From Christensenella sp. (GTDB lineage Bacteria > Bacillota > Clostridia > Christensenellales > UBA3700), in the NCBI GenBank assembly GCA_022784465.1, contig JALFUR010000011.1, positions 27,230 through 91,229 of the forward strand: DNA of 64,000 nucleotides. The letters are read 5' to 3'. Shown in pieces: positions 20,752-31,913 of the stretch; the first letter of the stretch is position 1, and each line of letters opens with the position of its first letter. Below the pieces are notes generated by a model. That model had not been told where the DNA came from, made no database searches, and saw only the letters and a program-made list of their open reading frames with translations. The translations under genes and the position numbers were made by a program.

Positions 20752-21381
20752 ATGACAGAATACGAGAAGATGATAAGTGGCTTGTTATACAATTCAAGCG
20801 ATGAAGAATTAATTAATATGAGAACAAAATTGCGATTACAGGTCGACAAATTTAACAGATCGTCTCCTGCGGATTATGAGCATAGAATGCAAATCATAGA
20901 CGAAATGATACCTCATCATGGAGACAATATTTACATAGAACCTAATATTAGGCTTGAATATGGAATTAATTTAAAAATAGGAAAAAACTTCTTCTTAAAT
21001 TTTGATAGTGTCATATTAGATGTTTGCCCTATAACAATAGGGGATAATGTTTTAATTGGGCCAAGAGTTGTAATAGCAACGCCTATGCATCCTCTTGATT
21101 ATCATGAAAGAAACACTCAACTTGTAGATGGCAAAATGAGAAGTTTGGAATATGCTAAACCAATAACTATAGGTAATAACGTTTGGATAGCTTCAAATGT
21201 AACAATTTGTGGAGGGGTTACCATAGGAGATAATGTTGTTATAGGTTCTGGAAGTGTTGTAACAAAAGATATTCCAAGCGATACTTTAGCTTATGGAGTA
21301 CCATGCAAGCCAATTAGAAAAATAACAGAAAAAGATAGAATGTATAAAGAGCAAGGATATGATATTTATCCAACATATTAA
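20752..21381 (+). CDS. maa: Maltose/galactoside O-acetyltransferase
   Basis: EYEKMISGLLY, hexapeptide repeats ITIGDNVLIGP / ITIGNNVWI, GVPCKPIR. Confidence 0.9.
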   Translation: MTEYEKMISGLLYNSSDEELINMRTKLRLQVDKFNRSSPADYEHRMQIIDEMIPHHGDNIYIEPNIRLEYGINLKIGKNFFLNFDSVILDVCPITIGDNVLIGPRVVIATPMHPLDYHERNTQLVDGKMRSLEYAKPITIGNNVWIASNVTICGGVTIGDNVVIGSGSVVTKDIPSDTLAYGVPCKPIRKITEKDRMYKEQGYDIYPTY

Positions 21382-21452
21382 TTTTTCTCTATTGCGTATA
21401 AATAAATTAATTATTATAATTAAAGCGTATTTTAATTCAGGAGAAAAATTGC

Positions 21453-21992
21453 ATGCTAAAAGACATTGAATCTATTTTAATTCCACAAGATAAAGTTCAA
21501 CAAAGAATCAGAGAAATTGCAAAACAAATCGAGGCAGATTATAAAGGCAAAACATTGACAATGATTTGTATTTTGCGTGGCGCTTCAGTTTTCTTTTGTG
21601 ATTTAGTTAGAGAAATAAACCTTGATGTACGTTTCGAATTTATGTCTGTAAGTAGTTACGGAGCAGGTACTACAACAACAGGGGAAGTTAGAATCAATAA
21701 AGATATTAATACAACATTAGAAGGAAAAAATGTTATTGTTGTTGAAGATATTATAGACAGCGGATGCACTCTTGCTTTTCTAAAGAAAATGCTAGAACAA
21801 AGAAATCCAGCATCTTTAAAGATTTGCACTCTTTTAGATAAACCATCTAGAAGAAAGGTTGAATTTAAGGGCGATTATGTTGGCTTTGAAATAGAAGATA
21901 AATTCGTTGTTGGATGCGGATTAGATTACGCAGAAAGATATAGAAACTTAAAAGATGTTTGCGTTTTAAAGCCATCTGTTTATACTAAGTAA
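21453..21992 (+). CDS. hpt: Hypoxanthine phosphoribosyltransferase
   Basis: ILRGA, VSSYG, VIVVEDIIDSGCT, LLDKPSRR, GCGLDY. Confidence 0.95.
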   Translation: MLKDIESILIPQDKVQQRIREIAKQIEADYKGKTLTMICILRGASVFFCDLVREINLDVRFEFMSVSSYGAGTTTTGEVRINKDINTTLEGKNVIVVEDIIDSGCTLAFLKKMLEQRNPASLKICTLLDKPSRRKVEFKGDYVGFEIEDKFVVGCGLDYAERYRNLKDVCVLKPSVYTK

Positions 21993-22014
21993 AAAAACAT
22001 TGTAGGAGATACAA

Positions 22015-22596
22015 ATGACTAAGAAATTAAAAATTCAATTGTCCTTATTTGTTGTAGCAATTCTGTTTAATATTTGGGGAATATTGTCTATATTGCAAGT
22101 TGGAATAGGGATTAATGTAGGCCTTACATATTTAGATAAGATAAAAGATTTTCATATTATCTTATGTTATGTAATTATTGTTATAACTATGGCTATTGGT
22201 ATAATGGGAGCATCAATTAATGCAGGTCAATTAGATAACATTAAAGTGCTAAAAGGATTAACAATAGGAATAACAACATATAGTACAGTTTTAACAATTC
22301 CACTTTTACTTGCTTTTGTTTGTTTTGTAGTATATCCAACAAATGTTGATCTTGCTGTTTATGGCTCAGGACTTGGAGAGTTTATTGATGGCATGTTTGG
22401 TACTATAGCTAAAGATTTAGGAACAATCTTTGGACCAAAAGAATGGGGAGGATTTGGGTCGAAAGGATTATTGATAACAGTGTATATATTAGGCATTATT
22501 ATGAGTATTGCTTTTTTGGCTGTACCTATAATCAGTGCGGTTCAAGCAATAAAAAATGCTAATAAAAAAGAATTAAATAAAAGTATAGAGGAATAA
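22015..22596 (+). CDS. Hypothetical membrane protein (about 4 TM)
   Basis: Four hydrophobic segments; SD AGGAG; sits between two PRT genes. Confidence 0.7.
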   Translation: MTKKLKIQLSLFVVAILFNIWGILSILQVGIGINVGLTYLDKIKDFHIILCYVIIVITMAIGIMGASINAGQLDNIKVLKGLTIGITTYSTVLTIPLLLAFVCFVVYPTNVDLAVYGSGLGEFIDGMFGTIAKDLGTIFGPKEWGGFGSKGLLITVYILGIIMSIAFLAVPIISAVQAIKNANKKELNKSIEE

Positions 22597-22599
22597 GAA

Positions 22600-23142
22600 A
22601 TGGGAAAAGTTTATAAGATGAAAATTGCAGGATTGGATAGAGAATTGCCACTATGTCCTGTAAATGAAAAATTAGATATTGGCGCATTTGTTATGTTCTC
22701 AGATGTAGAATTAACAATTGCATGTGCAAGAGATTTGTTAAAGAAAGCACCAGATTTTGACATTATATTGACAGCAGAATCTAAAGGAATACCTCTTGCT
22801 TATGAAATGGCAAGACAATCTGGCAAAGAATACATTCTTGCAAGAAAGGGCGCAAAACTATATATGCAAAACGTGGTAAGTATTGAGGTTAAATCAATTA
22901 CAACAGCTAAAATCCAAACGCTATTTATTGATTCTGTAGATATAGAAAAAATGAATGGAAAGAAAGTTTTAATAGTAGATGATGTTATTTCTACAGGAGA
23001 ATCGTTGCATGCACTTGAAGCCTTAGTTGCAAAATCTACTGCAACTATTACTGGAAAAATGGCAGTACTTGCAGAAGGGGATGCAGCAGATAGAAAGGAT
23101 ATTATTTTCTTAGAGAAATTGCCTCTTTTCTTCCATGACTAA
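22600..23142 (+). CDS. Adenine-phosphoribosyltransferase-like type I PRT
   Basis: TAESKGIPLA, ARKG, PRPP motif VLIVDDVISTGES. Confidence 0.85.
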   Translation: MGKVYKMKIAGLDRELPLCPVNEKLDIGAFVMFSDVELTIACARDLLKKAPDFDIILTAESKGIPLAYEMARQSGKEYILARKGAKLYMQNVVSIEVKSITTAKIQTLFIDSVDIEKMNGKKVLIVDDVISTGESLHALEALVAKSTATITGKMAVLAEGDAADRKDIIFLEKLPLFFHD

Positions 23143-23163
23143 TTTACATTTGTAATGAAGAAG

Positions 23164-23192
23164 AATTGACTGAGTTATCTCAGTCAATTTTT
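23164..23192 (+). terminator. Intrinsic terminator
   Basis: AATTGACTGAG-ttat-CTCAGTCAATT plus T run. Confidence 0.8.
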
Positions 23193-23366
23193 AATTAAAA
23201 CAACTCAACTTTATTTATTATATTTTTTCCTAACTTCAGTTGAAAGCAAATAGTCTTTAAATAAACTAAATAGAAGTGTTGATTTTCATAAATAGAAAAA
23301 CTTGGCGATAAATTTTTGATTTGTGAATATTTGCGCTAGCGCGTGTAAATATATATAATAAAAAAG

Positions 23367-25103
23367 ATGAAAAAGTTATTTGCCAATTTAAAATCATATA
23401 AAAAAGAAGTAATTCTTGCTCCTCTTTTTAAAATGCTAGAAGCTTTATTTGAACTTTTAGTTCCTATTGTTGTATCTCAAATTATAGATGTTGGAATTAA
23501 TGGAAATGGCGGATCAGACTATATTATAAAAATGGGAGTCGTTCTAGTATTTTTAGCTATTGTAGGATTGGCTTTTGCTGTTACAGCTCAATATTTTGCA
23601 GCTAAGGCTGCAGTAGGCTTTGCAAAGAAAACAAGATCATGTCTTTTTAATAAGATGCAGTCATTATCTTTTTCTGAGATAGACAAACTTGGAACTAGTT
23701 CAATGATTACAAGAATGACAAACGATGTCAATCAGATACAAAATGGCGTAAATATGGTTCTAAGATTATTGCTAAGATCTCCAATTGTTGTTTTTGGTGC
23801 AATAATCATGGCTTTTATCGTAGATGCAAAATCGGCAATTACTTTTGTTATTGAAGTGCCTATTTTGGCTTTAGTAGTATTTGCAATTATTTTTGCTACT
23901 TTGCCAATGCATAAATCAGTTCAATCAAAACTCGAAAAGGTTGTAACAAAAACAAGAGAAAACTTGACAGGAGTTAGGGTAATAAGAGCTTTTGCTCTAG
24001 AAGAGAAAGAAAATGAAGATTTTACAAAAGAGCAAGAAGGACTTTATAAACAACAAAAAGCAGTAGGAATAATTTCAGGATTATTGAATCCTCTAACCTA
24101 TGTTATAGTAAATCTTGCAATAGTTGCTTTAATTTATATTGGTGCTATAAGAGTAAATCAAGGCAATATTACTCAAGGTCAAGTTGTGGCATTATATAAT
24201 TACATGTCGCAAATTTTAATAGAATTAGTGAAGTTAGCAAACTTAATTGTTAATTTAACAAAATCTATTGCATCTGGAAAAAGAGTTGAAGAAGTATTGA
24301 ATATGGAATCTTCGCTTATTCATAAAAAAAGCGAAGGAGAAAATGAAAGCGAATATGAAATTGAGTTTAATAATGTAGATTTTAAATATCAGACAGCTAG
24401 CGAAGAATCACTACAAAACATAGATTTAAAAATAAAGAAAGGGGAAACTGTAGGAATTATTGGAGGAACGGGTTCGGGCAAGACTTCACTTATATCTTTA
24501 ATTCCTCATTTTTACGATGCTACTAAGGGAGAAGTACTCGTAGAAGGAAAAAATGTTCAAGAATACGATGATGAAATTTTAAGAGACAAAATTGGTTTTG
24601 TTCTACAAAAATCTGTTTTGTTTAAAGGTACAATAAAAGATAACTTAAAGTGGGGCAATGAAAATGCAAGCGAAGAGGATATGATACAAGCTTTAAAAAC
24701 TGCCCAAGCTTATGATGTGGTTTTGAAAAAGGAGAAAGGGTTGGATAGCGAGGTAGAACAACTTGGCAAGAACTTCTCAGGCGGCCAAAAACAAAGATTG
24801 GCAATAGCAAGAGCATTAATAAAAAAGCCAAGTATTTTAATACTTGATGACTCTTCTTCAGCTCTTGATTATGCAACTGATGCAAAATTAAGAAAAGAAC
24901 TTAAAAAGTTAAATTATAATCCAACAATCATTGTTGTTTCTCAAAGAACGGCTTCTATTCAACATGCAGATAAAATTGTTGTACTAGATGACGGAAAAAT
25001 AGATGGAATAGGAACACATAAGCAATTGCTTAATACTTCTAAAGTATATAAAGAGATATACGATTCACAATTTAAAGAAGGAGGTTTGAAAAATGACAAA
25101 TAA
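23367..25103 (+). CDS. Heterodimeric ABC exporter subunit (TMD-NBD)
   Basis: 6 TM, GGTGSGKT, FSGGQKQR, degenerate Walker B LDDS. Confidence 0.93.
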   Translation: MKKLFANLKSYKKEVILAPLFKMLEALFELLVPIVVSQIIDVGINGNGGSDYIIKMGVVLVFLAIVGLAFAVTAQYFAAKAAVGFAKKTRSCLFNKMQSLSFSEIDKLGTSSMITRMTNDVNQIQNGVNMVLRLLLRSPIVVFGAIIMAFIVDAKSAITFVIEVPILALVVFAIIFATLPMHKSVQSKLEKVVTKTRENLTGVRVIRAFALEEKENEDFTKEQEGLYKQQKAVGIISGLLNPLTYVIVNLAIVALIYIGAIRVNQGNITQGQVVALYNYMSQILIELVKLANLIVNLTKSIASGKRVEEVLNMESSLIHKKSEGENESEYEIEFNNVDFKYQTASEESLQNIDLKIKKGETVGIIGGTGSGKTSLISLIPHFYDATKGEVLVEGKNVQEYDDEILRDKIGFVLQKSVLFKGTIKDNLKWGNENASEEDMIQALKTAQAYDVVLKKEKGLDSEVEQLGKNFSGGQKQRLAIARALIKKPSILILDDSSSALDYATDAKLRKELKKLNYNPTIIVVSQRTASIQHADKIVVLDDGKIDGIGTHKQLLNTSKVYKEIYDSQFKEGGLKNDK

Positions 25104-26841
25104 AACCGCCTTAAAAAGAGTGATGACATATGTAGGAAAATATTGGCATTTTATGCTCCTATCTTTACTGCTTGGAATAATATCCGTTGCCATGACAATA
25201 TATATTCCATATCAAATAGGAAAGGCCATTGATTTAATAAAAGGATTTAATGATGTAGATTTTGATGGCATAACATCTATTGCTATTCAACTATATATTT
25301 GTATATTTATTTTGTTTGTTTCGCAATGGACAATGACAATTTTAAACAACAAAATAACTTACAAAATAATATACGATATGAGATTAATTTCTTTTAGAAA
25401 CTTAACACAATATCCATTAAGTTTTTTAGACAATCATAGACCTGGAGAGATTGTTAATATTGTTATTAACGATGTTGATACTTTTGCAGATGGTCTATTA
25501 ATGGGCTTTTCACAGTTGTTTACAGGATTAATTACAATAATTGGAACTTTATTTTTCATGTTCGTTATAAATTGGATTTTGGCGTTGGTCGTTCTTGCAT
25601 TAACACCGCTTTCATTATTTATTGCAAAATATATTTCATCGCACACTTATTCAATGTTTAAAAAACAGTCTGAAATTAAAGCAGAGCAAACGGGGTTTGT
25701 TGAAGAAATGATCTCTTCTTTAAAAGTTGTTCAAGCATATAATCATACAGATGAGAACTTGACTAGCTTTGAAAAGATCAATGAGGAATTAGAAAAATGT
25801 TCTTTAAAGGCAACCTTCTATTCTTCTTTAGTTAATCCAACCACAAGATTTGTCTACGCGCTTATTTATGCATTAGTTGCCGTTATAGGAGCAGTGCTTT
25901 GTGTTAATAGCACAAATTTTGGCGGCATTATGTTCTCTGTTGGTATGCTTGCAACTTTCCTTGCTTATGCAAATCAATATACAAAACCATTTAATGAAAT
26001 AACAGGAGTAATTACCGAATTACAAAATGCTATTGCTTGCGTAGCAAGAGTATTTGCTTTAATGGATGAAGAAAAAGAAAAAGTCAATAAAGATGCTGTA
26101 GAATTGTCTAATGTTCAAGGAAATATAGATATTGATCATGTATATTTTAGTTATACAGAAAAACCTCTTATTCAAGATTTTAATTTGCACGTAAAAAGTG
26201 GCAAGAAAATCGCAATTGTTGGTCCAACAGGATGTGGCAAGACAACACTTATCAACTTGTTGATGAGATTCTATGATCCAAATAGTGGAGAAATTAAAGT
26301 CGACAATATTTCAATAAAAGAAATTACTAGAGAATCTTTAAGAACAAATTATGGTATGGTTCTTCAAGATATTTGGCTAAAGAGCGGAACAATAAAAGAG
26401 AATATCAAAATGGGTAAAACTGATGCGAGCGATGAGGAAATAATAAATGCAGCAAAAGCTACGCATAGTGACTCATTTATTAGAAGACTCCCTCAAGGTT
26501 ATGACACTATAATAAATGAGGATGGGGAAGGTTTATCTCAAGGACAAAAACAATTATTATGTATTACAAGAATTATGCTTGCGCTTCCTCCAATGCTAAT
26601 TTTGGACGAAGCAACATCCTCAATAGACACAAGAACAGAAATAAAGATACAAGAAGCTTTCGATAAATTAATGCAAGGGAAGACAAGTTTTATCGTTGCA
26701 CATAGATTATCTACAATACGCAATGCAGATATAATTTTAGTTATGAATGAAGGTAATGTTATAGAGAGTGGGTCTCATAAAGAATTAATTGAAAAAGATG
26801 GATTTTATGCAAAACTATATAACTCTCAATTTGAAAACTAA
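25093..26841 (+). CDS. Heterodimeric ABC exporter subunit (TMD-NBD)
   Basis: GPTGCGKT, LSQGQKQ, LDEATS, AHRLST. Confidence 0.93.
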   Translation: MTNKTALKRVMTYVGKYWHFMLLSLLLGIISVAMTIYIPYQIGKAIDLIKGFNDVDFDGITSIAIQLYICIFILFVSQWTMTILNNKITYKIIYDMRLISFRNLTQYPLSFLDNHRPGEIVNIVINDVDTFADGLLMGFSQLFTGLITIIGTLFFMFVINWILALVVLALTPLSLFIAKYISSHTYSMFKKQSEIKAEQTGFVEEMISSLKVVQAYNHTDENLTSFEKINEELEKCSLKATFYSSLVNPTTRFVYALIYALVAVIGAVLCVNSTNFGGIMFSVGMLATFLAYANQYTKPFNEITGVITELQNAIACVARVFALMDEEKEKVNKDAVELSNVQGNIDIDHVYFSYTEKPLIQDFNLHVKSGKKIAIVGPTGCGKTTLINLLMRFYDPNSGEIKVDNISIKEITRESLRTNYGMVLQDIWLKSGTIKENIKMGKTDASDEEIINAAKATHSDSFIRRLPQGYDTIINEDGEGLSQGQKQLLCITRIMLALPPMLILDEATSSIDTRTEIKIQEAFDKLMQGKTSFIVAHRLSTIRNADIILVMNEGNVIESGSHKELIEKDGFYAKLYNSQFEN

Positions 26842-26911
26842 ATCAAAAAGCCACAATGAAGAAATTATTATTTTGCAATGCGATTGAAGACAACGTTTTA
26901 GGAGAAACTAA

Positions 26912-27379
26912 ATGATAAATGTACTATTTGTATGCCACGGAAATATATGCCGTTCTCCAATGGCTGAGTTTATATTTAAAGATTATGTCAAAAAGGAGAA
27001 TTTGCAAGATAAAATATATGTAGAATCTGCAGCAACATCAAGAGAAGAGATAGGGGCTAGAGTACATAGAGAAACTAAAAGACAACTACAAATTCATGGC
27101 ATTTATGATTTTGAACAAAAAAGAGCAAGACAAATAGATCGTTATGATTATGATAAGTTTGATTACATAATTGTTATGGATTCGTTGAATATGAGAAATA
27201 TAAAATATATAATACCAAATGACATGGGCAGCAAAATATATAAATTGTTAGATTTTACGCCAAGGGGTGGAGATATCGCTGATCCTTGGTACACTGGCGA
27301 TTTTGATACAACATATAATGAAATAAATGAAGGATGCAAATATTTATTAGCGCATATTAGGAAAAAGTATGATTTATAA
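26912..27379 (+). CDS. Low-molecular-weight protein tyrosine phosphatase
   Basis: CHGNICRS P-loop and DPWY. Confidence 0.93.
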   Translation: MINVLFVCHGNICRSPMAEFIFKDYVKKENLQDKIYVESAATSREEIGARVHRETKRQLQIHGIYDFEQKRARQIDRYDYDKFDYIIVMDSLNMRNIKYIIPNDMGSKIYKLLDFTPRGGDIADPWYTGDFDTTYNEINEGCKYLLAHIRKKYDL

Positions 27380-28301
27380 TAACATTTTACAAGCAATTGG
27401 ACATACTCCAATTATAAAATTAAACAAAATGGTAGATGAGGATTCCGCTCAGATTTTAGTAAAGTTTGAGGGGCTAAATGTTGGTGGTTCTATTAAGACA
27501 AGAGTAGCTTTAAATATGATAGAAGATGCCGAGAAAAAAGGTTTATTAAATAAAGATTCCATCATAGTTGAGCCAACTAGCGGTAATCAGGGAATAGGTC
27601 TTGCTCTTGTAGGTGCAGTCAAAGGTTACAAAACAGTCATTATTATGCCAGATTCGGTAAGTGAAGAAAGACGAAAGATAGTTAGGCATTATGGTGCTGA
27701 AGTAATACTTATTCATGACGCGGGAAACATAGGCGCTTGTATAGAAGAATGTTTAAACACCGCTTTAAAAATGGCAAAGGAAGATGATAGAGTATTTGTT
27801 CCTCAACAATTTTCAAATATTGCAAATCCAATGTGTCATAAACATCACACAGCATTAGAGATTATGGAACAAGTAGCAGGGCCAGTAGATGGTTTTTGCT
27901 CAGGAATTGGAACGGGCGGAACTATAACAGGAATAGGAGAAGTTTTAAAGGCGCAATATAAAGATATTGTTATTTGGGCAGTAGAACCAGAAAATGCTGC
28001 AATTTTATCTGGTGGTAGTATTGGAACGCATATTCAAATGGGAATAGGAGATGGCGTTATTCCTGAAGTGTTAAATACAAAAATATATGATGATGTTTGT
28101 ATAGTAACAGATGAAGAAGCACTTCAGACATCAAGAGATTTAGCAAAGAAGGAAGGGATATTATGTGGTATTTCTTCTGGTACTAACGTTTGTGCTGCAA
28201 TCAAGCTTGCTAAAAAACTTGGAAAGGGTAAAACTGTTGTTACAATTTTGCCAGATACGGCGGAAAGATATTTTTCTACACCACTATTTTTAGGTGAATA
28301 A
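27369..28301 (+). CDS. cysK: Cysteine synthase family PLP enzyme
   Basis: IGHTP, GGSIK (PLP Lys), EPTSGN, GIGTGGT, GISSG. Confidence 0.9.
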   Translation: MIYNNILQAIGHTPIIKLNKMVDEDSAQILVKFEGLNVGGSIKTRVALNMIEDAEKKGLLNKDSIIVEPTSGNQGIGLALVGAVKGYKTVIIMPDSVSEERRKIVRHYGAEVILIHDAGNIGACIEECLNTALKMAKEDDRVFVPQQFSNIANPMCHKHHTALEIMEQVAGPVDGFCSGIGTGGTITGIGEVLKAQYKDIVIWAVEPENAAILSGGSIGTHIQMGIGDGVIPEVLNTKIYDDVCIVTDEEALQTSRDLAKKEGILCGISSGTNVCAAIKLAKKLGKGKTVVTILPDTAERYFSTPLFLGE

Positions 28302-29111
28302 ATGAAGTTGCTTTGTCCAGTATGTAAACGAGATTTGTTAATAAGCGAAAAAACTTGTTCGTGCGCAAATGGACATAATTTTGATATAGCAAAAGAAGGA
28401 TATATTAATTTACTTTTGGCAAATAAGAAAAACTCAAGTATGCCAGGAGATAATAAATTGATGGTCGATGCTAGAGAGAACTTTTTGCAAAAAGGCTTTT
28501 ATGACAAGCTTAAAGATTTATTAGTTGAATTAATAAATAAATATAAGCCACTTAAATGCAATATATTAGATGTAGGATGTGGAACAGGGTATTATTCAAT
28601 AAATATTAAAAAAACTCGAAACATATTGGATAATTTAATTGGAATAGATATCTCAAAGTTTGCTGTCAAAAAAGCTGCAAAGAAGGATAAAAGCTCATTG
28701 TTCATCACGGGGTCTAGTTTTGATTTGCCAATAGATGATAATAGTTGCGATGTAATAATAAATGTGTTTTCTCCAAAGGCAAATGATGAGTTTAAAAGGG
28801 TAATAAAAGATGATGGCATACTAATTGAAGTTATGCCAGGAAAAGATCATATGCTTGAGCTTAAACAAGCAATGTATAATGAAGTTAGATTGAACAGAGT
28901 CGAGTTTGAATATGAAGGTTTGAATCTTGTTGAGTCAAGAGAAATAAAATATTCTATGTCTCTTGATAAAGAAGAGTTTATGAATCAAATATCTATGACT
29001 CCATATTTTTACAAAACTAATCAACAAGATATAGAGAAATTAGATAAAATACAACAAATGAATGTAACGATGAACTTTGTCGTTGCAGTATGGAAAAAGA
29101 ATAATGAGTGA
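28302..29111 (+). CDS. rlmA: 23S rRNA m1G745/748 methyltransferase
   Basis: N-terminal CPVC...C.NGHNFD Zn finger, AKEGYINLL, DVGCGTG. Confidence 0.85.
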   Translation: MKLLCPVCKRDLLISEKTCSCANGHNFDIAKEGYINLLLANKKNSSMPGDNKLMVDARENFLQKGFYDKLKDLLVELINKYKPLKCNILDVGCGTGYYSINIKKTRNILDNLIGIDISKFAVKKAAKKDKSSLFITGSSFDLPIDDNSCDVIINVFSPKANDEFKRVIKDDGILIEVMPGKDHMLELKQAMYNEVRLNRVEFEYEGLNLVESREIKYSMSLDKEEFMNQISMTPYFYKTNQQDIEKLDKIQQMNVTMNFVVAVWKKNNE

Positions 29112-30984
29112 GTTTTTACCAATATCTAAACAAGAAATGATACAAAGAGGATGGGATCAAGTTGATTTTGTCTATATCATTGGTGATGCATATGTTGATC
29201 ACCCTTCATTTGGTCCAGCTATTATATCTAGAATACTTGAAGATAATGGATTTAAGATAGGTATAATTTCTCAGCCTGATTGGAAGGATGATTCATCAAT
29301 AAATATATTTGGAAAACCACGTCTTGGATTTTTGGTTTGCGGCGGAAACATGGATTCAATGGTTAATCATTATTCAGTTTCAAAAAAACGCAGGGAAATG
29401 GATGCATATACTCCAGGCGGGGTGATGGGCAAACGACCAGATTATGCAACAGTTGTATATTGCAATTTGATTAGACATACTTACAAGGATGTTCCAATTA
29501 TAATTGGAGGAATTGAAGCAAGTTTAAGAAGATTAGCTCATTATGACTATTGGTCTAATTCTTTAAAAAGATCTATTTTATTAGATTCTCAAGCCAATCT
29601 AATTTCTTATGGAATGGGAGAAAGGTCTATAGTTGAGATTGCTCAAGCCCTTGATAGCGGATTAAAAATAGAAGATATTACTTTTATTCCAGGCACGGTT
29701 TATAAGACAAAGAAAACAGAAAATATTCAAGATTATGTAATGTTGCCACATTATGATTTACTAAAAGAAGATAAATTGAATTATGCAAAAAGTTTTGCTA
29801 TTCAATACGCAAACGTTGATGCATTTTCAGGTAAAAGATTGGTTGAGCCATATCCAAACAATGTTTATGTTGTTCAAAACCCTCCATCAAAACCTCTTAC
29901 TCAAGAAGAGATGGATTATACTTATTCATTACCATATAAAAGAACTTGGCATCCTTCATATGATGCTTTGGGAGGAATCCCAGCTTTTAGTGAGGTAAAG
30001 TTTAGTCTTATTAGTAATAGAGGATGCTTTGGTGGATGTAGTTTTTGTGCATTGACGTTTCATCAAGGAAGAATTGTTCAAACAAGAAGCAAAAACTCTA
30101 TTATAGATGAAGCAAAAATATTGACTAACGAGCCTGATTTTAAAGGATATATACATGATGTTGGTGGTCCAACTGCTAACTTTAGAGCTCCAGCATGCAA
30201 AAACCAATTAACTCGTGGAGCTTGTGTAAATAAGCAATGTTTGTTTCCTTCTCCTTGTAAAAATCTTGAAATAGATCACAAAGAATACATAGACATATTA
30301 AGAGAACTAAGAAAACTTCCGAAAGTGAAGAAAGTATTTGTTAGGTCTGGAGTAAGATTTGATTATGCTATTTACGATAAAGACCCAACTTTTATAGAAG
30401 AGCTTTGCAAATACCATGTATCTGGTCAATTAAAAGTTGCTCCAGAACATGTTTCGGAAAAGGTATTAAAACTAATGGGCAAGCCTTCTAATGAGGTGTA
30501 TAAACGCTTTGTTAAAAGATATAAAGAAGTCAATAAAAAATATTGTTTAAATCAATATTTGGTGCCATACTTAATGTCATCTCACCCTGGTTCTACGCTA
30601 AAAGATGCCATAATCCTTGCAGAACATTTGAGGGATGAAGGATATTCACCTGAACAAGTTCAAGATTTTTATCCAACACCATCTACGATATCTACTTGTA
30701 TGTACTATACTGGCGTTGATCCAAGAAATATGCAAAAAGTAGAAGTTGTTACCTCTCCTCACGAGAAGGCAATGCAAAGAGCATTAATACAGTACAGAAA
30801 TCCTAAAAATTATGATCTTGTGTATGAAGCATTGCAAAAGGCAGGAAGAATGGACTTGGTTGGATTTGGCCCAAAATGCTTAATTAGACCAAAAAATAAA
30901 AGTAAAAATATAAACGATAATAAAACAAAAGCGAAATTTAAACCAAAAGATTTTAAAAATAATAAAAAAAATAAGAAAATATAA
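29104..30984 (+). CDS. ygiQ: YgiQ-family radical SAM protein
   Basis: GDAYVDHPSFG, RGCFGGCSFC, DVGGPTAN, QVQDFYPTP. Confidence 0.93.
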   Translation: MSEFLPISKQEMIQRGWDQVDFVYIIGDAYVDHPSFGPAIISRILEDNGFKIGIISQPDWKDDSSINIFGKPRLGFLVCGGNMDSMVNHYSVSKKRREMDAYTPGGVMGKRPDYATVVYCNLIRHTYKDVPIIIGGIEASLRRLAHYDYWSNSLKRSILLDSQANLISYGMGERSIVEIAQALDSGLKIEDITFIPGTVYKTKKTENIQDYVMLPHYDLLKEDKLNYAKSFAIQYANVDAFSGKRLVEPYPNNVYVVQNPPSKPLTQEEMDYTYSLPYKRTWHPSYDALGGIPAFSEVKFSLISNRGCFGGCSFCALTFHQGRIVQTRSKNSIIDEAKILTNEPDFKGYIHDVGGPTANFRAPACKNQLTRGACVNKQCLFPSPCKNLEIDHKEYIDILRELRKLPKVKKVFVRSGVRFDYAIYDKDPTFIEELCKYHVSGQLKVAPEHVSEKVLKLMGKPSNEVYKRFVKRYKEVNKKYCLNQYLVPYLMSSHPGSTLKDAIILAEHLRDEGYSPEQVQDFYPTPSTISTCMYYTGVDPRNMQKVEVVTSPHEKAMQRALIQYRNPKNYDLVYEALQKAGRMDLVGFGPKCLIRPKNKSKNINDNKTKAKFKPKDFKNNKKNKKI

Positions 30985-31031
30985 CTTAAAAGTGTTAAAA
31001 TATTTTAAATAATATAATTGGAGTTAACTAT

Positions 31032-31913
31032 ATGAAAATCTCGGAATTATTTAAAACGAAAAAAGTAGTTTATTCATTTGAAATTTTTCCACCAAAGGTG
31101 GAATCGAATATTAGTGGAATATACGATACACTAGATAATTTAAGCGATTTAAAACCTGATTATATTTCTGTAACTTATTCAGCAGGGGGCGGAAGTAACA
31201 ATGCTCGTTCTATTGAACTTGCATCTTTGGTTAAGAACAAGTATCATGTTGAACCTTTAGCACATGTAACTTGTATTAATTCAACAAAACAAAAAGTAAT
31301 TGATACAATTGAAGCATTAAAAAAAGAAGGAATTGAAAATATCTTAGCATTAAGAGGAGATAGAATTCCTGGTTCAGTTTGTAACGATTTTAAGTATGCA
31401 TCTGATTTGATTTCTTTTATAAAAGAAAGAGGAGACTTTGATATAGCCGGTGCATGCTATCCAGAAACGCATCCTGAAGCTATAAGCAGTGAAGTTGATA
31501 TAGAGAATCTAAAAAGAAAAGTTGATTTAGGCTTAACTCATTTAAATACTCAATTGTTTTACGATAACGACGATTTTTATAGATTTATAGATAAAGTAAG
31601 AGGTGCTGGCATTAATGTTCCTATTCAAGCAGGAATCATGCCTCTTGTAAAAAAATCTAATGTAGATAGAACAATTCAAATGGCGGCTACAAAAATCCCA
31701 GCAAAATTATCAAGAATGATTGCCAAATTTAATGATGATCCCACAGCTTTAATGGAAGCTGGTATTTTGTACGCAACAGATCAAATTGCAGATTTGTTAA
31801 GTTCTTCGGCATGTCAAGGCATTCATGTTTATGTTATGAATAATGCATATGTTGCAAAGAAAATAACACAAAACGTTTCTAGTTTGATAGATGGAATAAA
31901 CAATGGAGATTAA
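31032..31913 (+). CDS. metF: 5,10-methylenetetrahydrofolate reductase
   Basis: SFEIFPPK, ISVTY, ALRGD, GACYPE, TQLFY. Confidence 0.93.
   Translation: MKISELFKTKKVVYSFEIFPPKVESNISGIYDTLDNLSDLKPDYISVTYSAGGGSNNARSIELASLVKNKYHVEPLAHVTCINSTKQKVIDTIEALKKEGIENILALRGDRIPGSVCNDFKYASDLISFIKERGDFDIAGACYPETHPEAISSEVDIENLKRKVDLGLTHLNTQLFYDNDDFYRFIDKVRGAGINVPIQAGIMPLVKKSNVDRTIQMAATKIPAKLSRMIAKFNDDPTALMEAGILYATDQIADLLSSSACQGIHVYVMNNAYVAKKITQNVSSLIDGINNGD

Noticed and set aside
30890-30984. A-rich low-complexity run
   Set aside because: Lys/Asn-rich tail of YgiQ
30985-31031. Possible SAM/T-box riboswitch ahead of metF-metH
   Set aside because: Gap is only 47 bp and AT-rich with no riboswitch motifs; lack of one is not unusual
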